Shown here: one piece after another, positions 10,841 through 20,355 of the stretch
How the letters are laid out: each line of letters starts with the position of its first letter
Position numbering within the stretch: the stretch's first letter is position 1
Assembly (NCBI GenBank): GCA_963817895.1
Contig: CAWFQB010000005.1
Coordinates: forward strand, 1 to 64,000
Source of the DNA: an uncultured Chthonomonadaceae bacterium
GTDB taxonomy: Bacteria; Armatimonadota; Chthonomonadetes; Chthonomonadales; Chthonomonadaceae
Length of the DNA: 64,000 nucleotides
Direction: 5' to 3'
The notes under the pieces: model-generated
Seen by the model: the letters and a program-made list of their open reading frames with translations, nothing else
Databases searched by the model: none
Told to the model about the DNA's origin: nothing
Position numbers and translations under genes: made by a program

Positions 10841-12188
10841 ATGGAAAACTCACCTGACGATGCCGCCGGACGTGAACAGATAGATGCCCTTGCCGAACCT
10901 GCTCTGGTTCCCCTGTCGCCTGCCGAAATCACGGAGCCGTTTGTCACGCCGGATACGCCCGGAACCCTGTCGCGCCTGGCCTTTATCATCAGTCTCGGTT
11001 GGCTCGGCACGAACCTGGGGTTGGGCTTTGCGAACCTACCGCTGAAGTTCATACTCATAAGCGATTTGAAATTGACTCCGCAGGCGGTTGCGGGATTTTT
11101 CGCGGTCGGCCAGTTTTTCAACTACATCAAGCCGGCGGCCGGCCTGCTGTGCGACAGCGTTCCCCTGTTCGGATACCGCCGCCGCTACTATCTGCTGCTC
11201 AGTCTGCTGATAACCGGGCTGGCGTGGCTGATAATGAATGTTGTGCCGCGTACGGCGAATAGCCTGCTTCTCACGTATACCCTGCTGTACATCATGGTGG
11301 TGTTTACCAGCACGTCATTGGGCGGCGTGATGGTGGAGATAGGAACGCGCTTTCGGGCGGCGGGACGTATGACGGCGCAGCGTATCGCCATGTTCCGCAT
11401 CGGCAGCCTGTTCGGGGATTTGATCGGCGGGCGGCTGGCAACCATGCCATTTGTCATCACCGCAAGTTTAGCCTCCCTGCTGCATCTGATGCTTATACCC
11501 CTGTACATCTTCTACCTGCCCGAAGAGCGACTGCCCCCGGAACAGCGGCGCATCAACTGGAGCGTTTGGCGGGACGCCGGGGAAAAGCTAAAAGGACTGT
11601 ACCACAATCGGGTCTTGATGAGCGCGGCGGGCATGATTTTTCTTGTGGCCGCGTCGCCGGGTTTCAATACGCCCCTGCTGTTTTACCAGACCAATACGCT
11701 GCACTTTTCCAAGCCGTTCGTCGGCATTTTAGGGTCGGTTTCCGCCGCGTCCGGCCTGCTGGCGGCGGTTGGTTATTATGCCGCGTGTCGCCGCCTGCCC
11801 ATTCGCGTTCTGCTTGGGCGGCAGTATCTTCATTCATGCGCTTGGAACGCTGTTCTATCTGGGCTACCACGACTCCACTTCCGCGTACCTGATTACCGCT
11901 TTGAGCGGCGTCACGGGCACGCTGGCGATGCTGCCCATCTACGATCTGGCCGCTCGCGCCACGCCGCGCGGCAGCGAAGCGCTGGGCTATTCCGTGATGA
12001 TGAGCGTGTGGAACCTGACCAACGCGCTTTCCGACTGGTCCGGTTCCTGGCTGTATGGCCGCTTCCACCTGACGTTTCTCAACCTCGTCTGGCTCAACGC
12101 GGGGACGACCGTACTCGTCCTGCTCGTGGTTCCCCTCCTGCCCGCCATTCTGATGCAAAACCGGGATGGAGCTAAGGAGGGAGCGTAG
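10841..12188 (+). CDS. MFS transporter, BT1 folate/biopterin-like (frameshifted)
   Basis: IKPAAGLLCDSVPLFGYRRRYY BT1-type motif; about 12 hydrophobic segments. Confidence 0.8.
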
Positions 12189-12219
12189 GTAGTTAGTTGT
12201 CAGGTTGTCAGGAATCAGG

Positions 12220-12909
12220 TCATAAAGGAATGTCTGTCAACTTCCACAATCCTAAACTTTTATCCTGGTAGCCTTTATCCGGACAATTCTCGTTGAGGAG
12301 AAACATAGGGACGGGAAAATTGAAGGGATGTAACTGTAGGTTGACAGCTCGCCACTGTCCTATTACTATATCGTTGTTTTCTTTTTGGTCGGGAAAGGTT
12401 GTAGTAAGCAAGTAAGTGGAACCGCTCCTTTTGAAGTTTCGCAGAGATGCCATTATGTCCCCATAGGGAAGGTGAACCAGACAGTCACGACAAAGGATTA
12501 TATCCACCATCGGAATAGAGTGTTTGACAATATCCAATTGAATAAATCGTTTTGTCGCGTCCGCGTACTTTGCTTGATTTGCAGCAACCAGGTTCGCTAC
12601 AATATCCGCTCCGATATATTCATCGAGTTCCAGAGGCGTATGCTGCATCCAGTTGAAATCGCCGCAAGGCGCATCCAGGATACGTCTGGCGCCGATTTCT
12701 TTGAATATTACAGGCAAGTTCAGCTGGAGTACAGTTGTCTGATCCAGATCCGAGCCGCCACCTGAAACAGAGTGTCCCTCCCAGGCGTGATTTATATAAA
12801 TGGAGGTGAAAATCTTTTCTCGACCAGATAGTCGCGCTCTCAGGCACTGAAGCCTTGCCTTCAATGACGGAGGTAATGCCTGATAGGTTTTGCGAATAAG
12901 CGCTGACAT
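12220..12909 (-). CDS. Class I SAM-dependent methyltransferase (low GC)
   Basis: ILDAPCGDFNWM, YIGADIV and DIILCRDCLVHL motifs. Confidence 0.88.
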   Translation of the reverse strand: MSALIRKTYQALPPSLKARLQCLRARLSGREKIFTSIYINHAWEGHSVSGGGSDLDQTTVLQLNLPVIFKEIGARRILDAPCGDFNWMQHTPLELDEYIGADIVANLVAANQAKYADATKRFIQLDIVKHSIPMVDIILCRDCLVHLPYGDIMASLRNFKRSGSTYLLTTTFPDQKENNDIVIGQWRAVNLQLHPFNFPVPMFLLNENCPDKGYQDKSLGLWKLTDIPL

Positions 12910-13194
12910 TGTACAAATAATTCCCCGGCTTAATGACACCTTTACTCTTTACAATCCCACAGACATTCCTGTAACATTACAGTGTGCAGGTTGTTAAAGC
13001 GCATCCGTATACTCGGCTCTCCAACAGCGCAGAGAAATCATCACAATGCAACAGGACGAAAATTCATAGCAACAGTATACCCTTTTTGTCATGTTCACCC
13101 GGCCTTTCGACCGGACGCAACGGCTAATGCTCGTTCGCTTTGAGACTGCTTTCAATCTCATTACAGGGCGAAACAAGCCGCAAATTTGATTCAA

Positions 13195-13416
13195 TCAGGC
13201 GCGTCCGCCAGACAAGTCAACTTTTTCCGGAATCATAGAGGCAGTTTTCAAGGCGCCAACATGCTTGAATGCGTCCTGTATCTCCATCCCAACGACCTGC
13301 CCCGCCTCATCATAATCGAGCACAACGCCCTCTTCCACTTCATCACTCTCACGAACCTGCGCCCCCTCCAACCGCATGTGAAGAATATCCACTTCGGCAT
13401 TATACGTCATTTTCAT
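13195..13416 (-). CDS. DUF2283-family small protein
   Basis: MKMTYNAEVDILHMRL..ESDEVEEGVVLDYDEAGQVVGMEI. Confidence 0.85.
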   Translation of the reverse strand: MKMTYNAEVDILHMRLEGAQVRESDEVEEGVVLDYDEAGQVVGMEIQDAFKHVGALKTASMIPEKVDLSGGRA

Positions 13417-13444
13417 GGCTGCTTCTCCGAGTAGGTGTTTGCTT

Positions 13445-13633
13445 CTACAATTCTTGCGCGATGGCGCGAATAGTGGCAAACGGCAAAATGTAGCGCATTC
13501 TGTCATAGGCAGGATGTTCCCTGAACGGCTGAAAATCATACCTCTCGTATAGAGAGACTCCGTAGGGGGTTGATCTGAGATGCAGGCCGACCACTCCCAA
13601 ACAATATGCAACAAGGCTAGTTTCTCCTCTCAA
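13445..13633 (-). pseudogene. C-terminal remnant of a GNAT acetyltransferase (toxin-like)
   Basis: GVVGLHLRS..GVSLYERYDFQPF..YILPFATI resembles GNAT toxin C-terminus; acetyl-CoA binding half absent. Confidence 0.5.
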
Positions 13634-13710
13634 AATTGAGAGGGTTAGCGGTTTGAGGACTGATTGTGATAGACCTTTATCCTGCTCCTCAAAATCATCA
13701 AAGCATCTGG

Positions 13711-14154
13711 TTACATTTTGAGGTCTAACAGGGAGGAAATTTTATCTCCAAGTTGCTTGCGCAGAAACAATGACTGTTCATAAAACTCTGATGCTTTTTG
13801 CAACTGACCGGCTTTTTCGTAGGCATAGCCGATTTCGGCGAGTATCCAAGCTTCCTCGCGCTTGTCTCCCATTTGTCTGTACAGCGATAACGCCTGCTCC
13901 TGAGACTCTAAGGCTTTCTGCGACTGACCGGCTTTTACGTAGACTTTGCCCATGAAGTTGAGCGTATGCGCTTCCCCTTTTTTGTCTCCGACTTGCCTGT
14001 ATAGAGGCAATGCCTGTGTATAAAACACCAATGCCTTGTCCGGCTGCTCGGTAACTTGGGTTAGCCGCTTGCGCCTGAGCCACAGGGGCATATACCGGCA
14101 GGCACAGCAGGCACAGCGGAGGCACAAGCCGACGAAATAAAGCAAAGTATGGCA
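13711..14154 (-). CDS. Short secreted TPR protein, probably deleted or frameshifted
   Basis: Signal-like MPYFALFRRLVPPLCLLCL in one frame; TPR units (QALPLYRQVGDKKGEAHTL) in another. Confidence 0.7.
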   Translation of the reverse strand, partial: CHTLLYFVGLCLRCACCACRYMPLWLRRKRLTQVTEQPDKALVFYTQALPLYRQVGDKKGEAHTLNFMGKVYVKAGQSQKALESQEQALSLYRQMGDKREEAWILAEIGYAYEKAGQLQKASEFYEQSLFLRKQLGDKISSLLDLKM

Positions 14155-14289
14155 TCAAAAACTTCTTTCTGAACAAGACACCGAACGCGCCAATCCAAGC
14201 GGCATGTGAACGTGAGAGTTTTATACACAGCTTGACACATAATAGCAAAAAGCCACTTGTTCATAGGCGGCAACTCTTCCAGTTCAATT

Positions 14290-14316
14290 ATTCTCACCCG
14301 CACAGCAAAACTCCTG
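14290..14316 (-). promoter_or_regulatory. SigH-like promoter
   Basis: CAGGAG-N15-GAGAAT on the minus strand upstream of the TPR gene. Confidence 0.5.
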
Positions 14317-14349
14317 CTAAATCTTCCGCGCAATAAATGTTTTTGCCAC

Positions 14350-14378
14350 TTGTCAGAAGGGCGCGAACTTGCTATACT
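14350..14378 (+). promoter_or_regulatory. Sigma70 promoter, likely giving a leaderless transcript
   Basis: TTGTCA-N17-TATACT; ATG begins 7 nt after the -10 box, no RBS. Confidence 0.6.
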
Positions 14379-14384
14379 TGCGGC

Positions 14385-15491
14385 ATGGCAAACACAACTC
14401 CACTCCTTACCGCTCCGCCCGTGAAAATCGCCGGGATCAACTTCGACCACATGCACATGGGCGACCTGCTCCGCATGGCGCAGGAACACCCGAATGCGCA
14501 GATTGTCGGGCTGGCCGACGAAACGCCCGCCCGCATGGAAAACGCCGCGCAAAACTTCCACATTCCGCCCGAACGCCTGTATACCGACTATCGCCGATGC
14601 CTGGAAGAAACCCGCCCCGATGTGGTTCTGCTGTGTCCCGCCACCGGGCAGCACGGCGAATGGGTGGAGAAAAGTCGCGCCCTACAACACCCATATTCTT
14701 GTCGAAAAGCCCTTTGCCGCCTCCCTTGCCGATGCCGACCGCATGATTGCCGCCATGAACGCAACCGGCAAAACCCTCGTCATCAACTGGCCCCTCGCGT
14801 GGTATCCGCCCCACATCACCACCAAACGCCTGATTGCCGAAGGCGCGATTGGAACCGTCCGCGAAGTCCACTACTACGACGGCAATCGCGGCCCGCTTCG
14901 CCATATCGCCGACAAAATAGAAATCTCCGCCGAAGAAGCCGCCCGTCAGAAATCCCAAAGCTGGTGGTATCAGCAGGCAAGCGGCGGCGGCTCCCTGCTG
15001 GACTATCTGGGCTACGGCGTCACGCTTGGAACCTGGTTCCACAATGGCAACGCGCCCCTCGAAGTAGTCTGCATGACCGACGCGCAGCCCGGCCTGGAAG
15101 TGGACGAACACAGCATCACCCTTTGCCGCTACGACGTGGGCCTGTCCAAATACGAAACCCGATGGGGCACGTTTACCGATCCCTGGACGCTTCAGCCGCA
15201 GCCCGAAATGCGGATTTGTCGTCGTGGGCACAGCGGGAACCATCAGCAGCTACGACTACGAACCCGTCATTCGGATGCAGACAAAAGCAGCGTCCCGAAA
15301 CGCATGAGATTCCCGTAGACGCGATTGCCCCGCCCTACGACAATCCCATCAATTATCTGCTGCACTGCCTGTCAACCGGGGAAGCTATCACCGGCCCCCT
15401 GTCCCTCCCTCTGTGCCGCATCGGGCAGCAGATCGTAGACACCGCCCTCCTGAGCGCAAAAGCAAAACGCGCCTTGCCCCTGCTCACGTAG
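14385..15491 (+). CDS. Gfo/Idh/MocA oxidoreductase (frameshifted)
   Basis: HILVEKPFA and GGGSLLDYLGY motifs. Confidence 0.88.
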   Translation: MANTTPLLTAPPVKIAGINFDHMHMGDLLRMAQEHPNAQIVGLADETPARMENAAQNFHIPPERLYTDYRRCLEETRPDVVLLCPATGQHGEWVEKSRALQHPYSCRKALCRLPCRCRPHDCRHERNRQNPRHQLAPRVVSAPHHHQTPDCRRRDWNRPRSPLLRRQSRPASPYRRQNRNLRRRSRPSEIPKLVVSAGKRRRLPAGLSGLRRHAWNLVPQWQRAPRSSLHDRRAARPGSGRTQHHPLPLRRGPVQIRNPMGHVYRSLDASAAARNADLSSWAQREPSAATTTNPSFGCRQKQRPETHEIPVDAIAPPYDNPINYLLHCLSTGEAITGPLSLPLCRIGQQIVDTALLSAKAKRALPLLT

Positions 15492-15590
15492 AGGAGAATT
15501 TAGCCGCAAATGAACGCGAATACACGCGAATAAGATGAATACATTAATTCAGCAGAGACTTCTCCCCACCCTCGCGCAGATTTAACATTA

Positions 15591-15634
15591 GCCCATCTCC
15601 CAGGCTTTTTTGGGAGATGGGCTGGGGTGAGGGC
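15591..15634 (-). repeat. BoxC/REP-like palindromic element
   Basis: CCCATCTCCCA..TGGGAGATGGG-CTGGGGTGAGGG. Confidence 0.75.
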
Positions 15635-15654
15635 CACTCTAACAGGAAAACAAC

Positions 15655-16805
15655 ATGCCTGAAACCAACGACAAACAACGAACTGCGGAACTGAAAGCGG
15701 ACAATTACGAATTGAGCAGCGGCAAACGAACAAGCGTAATTCCTGCGCCCGACCTGCCGTATCAACCGCGCGATCCCAAAACGTACAAACCCAACATCGG
15801 CTTAATCGCTTGCGGCGGTATTACGGAAGCGCACCTTAAAGCCTGTAAGAAGGCCGGGTACAACGTCGTCGCCCTGTGCGATCTGATTGAGGAACGCGCT
15901 CGGAAGCGGCAGGAGCAGTTTTTCCCCGATGCCGTCGTCACAACCGATTACCGGGATGTGTTGAAGCGCGACGACATTGCCGTTGTGGATATTGCCACGC
16001 ACCCCAAAGAGCGGTTTCCCCTTATCGAAGCCGCGCTCCACGCGGGCAAGCACGTTTTGAGCCAGAAACCGTTCGCGCTGGATTTGGACCGGGGGCAGGA
16101 ACTGGTTGACCTTGCGGATCGGCAAAACGTGAAACTCGCCGTCAATCAGAACGGGCGCTGGTCGCCCCATTTCAGCTACATGCGGCAGGCCATCAAAGCC
16201 GGACTGCTCGGCGATCTGATGAGCCTGCACCTGGGCGTACACTGGGATCATACCTGGGTGAAAGGCACACCGTTCGAGCAGATTTACGACCTTGTTCTCT
16301 ACGACTTCGCCATTCACTGGTTCGACATCGTGAGCCATTTGCTCGGCGAACGCCGGCCCGACAAGCGTTTACGCCACCCGCAGCAATGCCATCGGCCAAA
16401 CGCTGCAACCGCCCATGCTGGCGCAGGCCATGCTTCAGTTTCCCGGCGGGCAGGCGTCCCTTGTATTCGACGCGCACGTTCCCTACGGGCATGAAGACCA
16501 TACGTATATCGCGGGAACGCAGGGAACGATTATCAGCATCGGCCCCGATCTTGGCAACCCAAAAACTCACGCTCTATACCGCGAATGGCATCGCCACGCC
16601 CGACCTGCAAGGCGCGTGGTTCCCCGACGGCTTTCACGGCACAATGGGCGAACTGCTGTGCGCCATTGAAGAAAACCGCGAACCCCTCAACAGCGCGCGG
16701 GAAAACCTCAACAGCCTTGCCCTCTGCTTTGCCGCCATCGCCAGCGCAACGGACGGCGAACCCAAAACCGTCGGCAGCGTCCGCCAGTTAGTGACCGGTG
16801 GCTAG
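15655..16805 (+). CDS. Gfo/Idh/MocA oxidoreductase (frameshifted)
   Basis: IGLIACGGI, GKHVLSQKP and DFAIHWFD motifs. Confidence 0.9.
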
Positions 16806-16812
16806 AGCATCC

Positions 16813-17737
16813 ATGACCAGCGACCATGAACCACAACCACCAACCCCTATGCTATCGGCATAGACGTAGGAGCCACCAACATTAAAACCGTTGCCGTCAC
16901 GGAATCGGGCGAAATCGTGTATCAGTCGCAGGAGCCAACGGACGAAACGGCCTTTGCATGGGCGGAGCGAATAGGGGAGCAGATTCAGCGTATGGAAGCG
17001 CAGCTGAACGCGCCCGCTTCGCTGTATCGGAATCGCCGCGCCCGGACTGGCTGCCCCGGACGGACGCTCCATTGCCTGGATGCAGGGCCGTATGGCAGCC
17101 GTTCAGGGATTGGACTGGACAACCTATCTCCACGCGAAGCAGACGATTCCCGTCCTCAACGACGCCCACGCCGCCCTGCTTGGCGAAGCGTGGATCGGGG
17201 CGGGCAGCAGGCAGCCGCAGAATGTGTCATGCTGACACTGGGAACGGGCGTGGGCGGGGGCGCGATGGTGGACGGGCATTTGCTGCGCGGGCATATCGGG
17301 CGAGCAGGACACCTGGGCCATATCTGCCTGAATCCTGACGCGCCCGCTCGACATCGTAGCCACGCCCGGCAGTCTGGAAGACGCCATTGGCGACTGCTCC
17401 ATATTACAGCGTTCCGAGGGGCGTTTTGCTTCCACCGCGCAATTAGTGCAGGCCGTCCAAACCGGGGATGCGGACGCGGAACGCCTCTGGCAACGCTCCC
17501 TTTATCATGCTCGCCTGCGGCCTTACCTCGCTGATAAACATGCTCGACCCCGAAGTGGTAATTATGGGCGGCGGAATTGCAGGCGCGGGCGAACTCCTCT
17601 TTCACCCCCTACAGCACCATCTGGATCGCATCGAATGGCGTCCCACCGGAACGCAGGTTCGCCTGGTACGCGCCCAATTAGGCGAAATCGCGGGCGCAGT
17701 CGGAGCCGCTTACAATGCGATGCTGGATGATGAGTGA
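16813..17737 (+). CDS. ROK-family sugar kinase (frameshifted)
   Basis: IGIDVGATNIK, LTLGTGVGGG, AGHLGH and DPEVVIMGGGI motifs. Confidence 0.88.
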
Positions 17738-18001
17738 TGAGTAAGGGTTCGTAAATGTAAAACTTCCCGAAATACGGGCGCGATAAATCTTGGGCCTAAC
17801 AAATAACACCCTAACGGGAATCCGGAAAGTTATTCATTTACAGTCTATAAGGGTTTTCCCTCAATACAAACAGGGTAATACCCATGCTACAACCGGGATT
17901 GTGCCTATTGTCACAAAGTACATCAGTAGTGCATAATAAGAGCCAGAAGTAAACCCTCGTGACGCGCTTGCAGCAGGTTTGCAAGAGGAGCGCCGTTTAC
18001 C

Positions 18002-18364
18002 ATGCAGCCCATTTCTATATTGATTGCCGCTGACGATGCGCGGGTTCGCCAGTGTTTGCGGCGAGCCGTGGAGCAGGACCCGCAATTCCGCGTGTTCTGG
18101 GAGGCCGATGATGGGCTGAAAGCCCTGTGCCTGGCCCACGAGCATCACCCGCAGGTGGTTCTGCTGGACGCGCAGATGCCGCGCATGGATGGCATTGAAG
18201 CGGCGCGTTGCCTGCGCCAGCGGAACCACGACCTGCATATTGTGGTGATGGGCGTGTACGAACAGACGCGCGCGCAGGCAATGGCTGCCGGAGCTGATGC
18301 CTTCCTGACCAAAGACTGCGGCTGCGAAGCGCTCCGCGCCGCCATACATCATGCTGCTGGATAG
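18002..18364 (+). CDS. Stand-alone response regulator receiver (NarL-like REC)
   Basis: ILIAADD, PQVVLLDAQMPRMDGIEA and GADAFLTK motifs; no output domain. Confidence 0.88.
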   Translation: MQPISILIAADDARVRQCLRRAVEQDPQFRVFWEADDGLKALCLAHEHHPQVVLLDAQMPRMDGIEAARCLRQRNHDLHIVVMGVYEQTRAQAMAAGADAFLTKDCGCEALRAAIHHAAG

Positions 18365-18626
18365 CGGTGAAAACAGCGCCAACGAAGACGGCGCAAATGA
18401 ACCCGGCACAGCCAATATTTGATGAACTACGTTCTTCGGGCTGAATGAAATTGTCCGAACACCGAATACCGAATACCGGCTATTTCAGAGAAGACAACAC
18501 GGATGAGAACCCCGATTGTTTCGGGGTGGCGGAGACAGGGAAGCATGACATCAGGATTCGTTCCGAACGAACTCACATCGTAAACAGGAACGAACAAGCG
18601 ACAGAAGGGACGAGAGAGCAAACCCC

Positions 18627-19331
18627 ATGATAACGACATCCACGATGAATCAGTCGCAGAGGGTCTTTGAACAGTTGTTCCAGCGCAGCCAGCGCCGCGC
18701 TTACAATCTGGCGTACCGATTGACCGGCAACGCGACCGACGCCGAGGACGTGACGCAGGACGCGTACCTGCGCGCCTGGCACAATTTCGACAGTTACGAC
18801 GCGAACCGCTCGTTTGAAGGCTGGCTGTTCCGCATTATTACCAACCGCGTGATTGACATGCGCCGCCGCCAGAAGCGCGTTCCCATGTATTCGCTGGACA
18901 CGCCCGTACAGGGCGATGAGGACGGACAGCCGCTCGCGCACGAATTCGCCACCCCGGACGGCAACCCGGAACAGCTTGTCGTCGGCCCGGTTATGGACGA
19001 GCGTTTGCAGGAAGCCCTCGCCGCCCTGCCCGGCGATTACCGCGCCGCCATTCTGATGTGCGACGTGGAGCAGCGCTCCTATCAGGAGATCGCCGACTCG
19101 ATGAACTGCGCCATTGGAACCGTGCGTTCTCGCATCCACCGGGCGCGCGTGATGCTGCGCAAGTTCATGGAAGCCGAAATCAGCACCCGCCGGCCCGCGA
19201 AAACCGCCGCGTCCGTTTCCGCCGCCGCGACCAAACCCGTTCGTATCGCGCCGCCCAAGTCGGTGCGAACCGCCACGCCGAAAACGCTGCAACAAACAGC
19301 GGACGCCTACAGCTCTCTCCGCGCCGCCTGA
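18627..19331 (+). CDS. ECF sigma-70 factor with A/T/K/P-rich C-terminal tail
   Basis: DAEDVTQDAYLRAW, WLFRI and SYQEIA..IGTVRSRIHRAR motifs. Confidence 0.93.
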   Translation: MITTSTMNQSQRVFEQLFQRSQRRAYNLAYRLTGNATDAEDVTQDAYLRAWHNFDSYDANRSFEGWLFRIITNRVIDMRRRQKRVPMYSLDTPVQGDEDGQPLAHEFATPDGNPEQLVVGPVMDERLQEALAALPGDYRAAILMCDVEQRSYQEIADSMNCAIGTVRSRIHRARVMLRKFMEAEISTRRPAKTAASVSAAATKPVRIAPPKSVRTATPKTLQQTADAYSSLRAA

Positions 19332-19381
19332 AACGCGCATTTTCGTCTTTGACGGCGTTCATTAATCCAAATATTACCATC

Positions 19382-19420
19382 AAGAACCCATGAGGAGAGT
19401 TGCTCCTCATGGGTTCTTTC
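19382..19420 (+). terminator. Intrinsic terminator
   Basis: AAGAACCCATGAGGAG/CTCCTCATGGGTTCTT hairpin. Confidence 0.8.
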
Positions 19421-19458
19421 CTGTCCAGCAGAAAATTGTTTGAAAATGGCGCGAAAAC

Positions 19459-19566
19459 GGTCAACAGTATCTTTGCACTTTTTCACTTTTTGAGATGCAG
19501 GCAAGGACGGGCAGACAATATCCTTTCCTATCTCATTTTTCAAAAAGTGCAAAGATACTGGGTCAA
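19459..19566. mobile_element. 96-bp MITE-like element with 19-bp terminal inverted repeats and 6-bp target duplication
   Basis: CAGTATCTTTGCACTTTTT (19465-19483) and its exact reverse complement (19542-19560); GGTCAA directly repeated on both flanks. Confidence 0.8.
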
Positions 19567-19772
19567 CATTTGCTTGCAAAAAAAAAGCAATCTGTGGCAT
19601 AATAAGTTGCGCCTGCAAAATAGAGAGGAGGGACTGCTGAATGAGCAATAACATTCTAAACACAAGATCACCACCTTTGTAAGCGGCAGTTTCTTGAACC
19701 TTCCCGCATTATTGTTATTTAGAAGGTTCACCGGCATGCATTCTTTCTGTTTCTTCCACGATGGAGGTTTAC

Positions 19773-20278
19773 ATGAAACGTTTCTTGTCTCTTCTGGCCT
19801 TTGTCGGCTTTGCAACGTGCGTTCTCGCTTCCGCCAACGCTGATCCGCCTGTCAGCCAATCCAATGGCGCAGCCACGCTTACCGTGAACGCCCGTCTGGA
19901 TGGCGCTGCCCCCTACACCACCTACTACACTTCCCCTTCTCCGGGCGCAACGGCATCGGTACCCGTCCACTCAGTTCACTATGCCGAGTACGTCAAAGCC
20001 ATCTATCCGGTGACGAATCTCCAGCTCCATTGGTATTTCCGCAGCGGCGTACCGGCATAACCCCTGACCAGACAGATTCGGGTACTGCATCCGCTACCTT
20101 AGGGGCAGGCGAAGCGTGGCGAAAATCCGTTTACCTGCCCGCTTCTTCCAATGACTACCACCTGCCGGCAAGTCACTATGATGCCGTCGCGTCCTCAACC
20201 CTCAACGATAGCGTTTCTTACCCATACGCCGGAGTAACCACACCCTTCGACGTTTACGTTGGTTACGCCGGACCGTAG
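19773..20278 (+). CDS. Secreted hypothetical protein (one frameshift near 20050)
   Basis: GGAGG RBS; signal peptide MKRFLSLLAFVGFATCVLASANA; reading continues in ORF 20030..20278. Confidence 0.65.
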
Positions 20279-20355
20279 ACTCTGCTCATGGATTGTCTCG
20301 TTTTGCTCGCCCGTCATCACTGATGGGCGGGCAAATGGAAGGAGAAGATTGCACC

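Noticed and set aside
12226..12970. 12-bp inverted repeat AGGAATGTCTGT flanking the methyltransferase
   Set aside because: One copy is inside the coding end, there is no target duplication, and the match is short enough to be chance
13095..13125. GAAA-tetraloop hairpin next to GACGCAA resembling a c-di-GMP-I riboswitch
   Set aside because: The GAAA loop and GACGCAA lie on opposite strands and the second stem is absent
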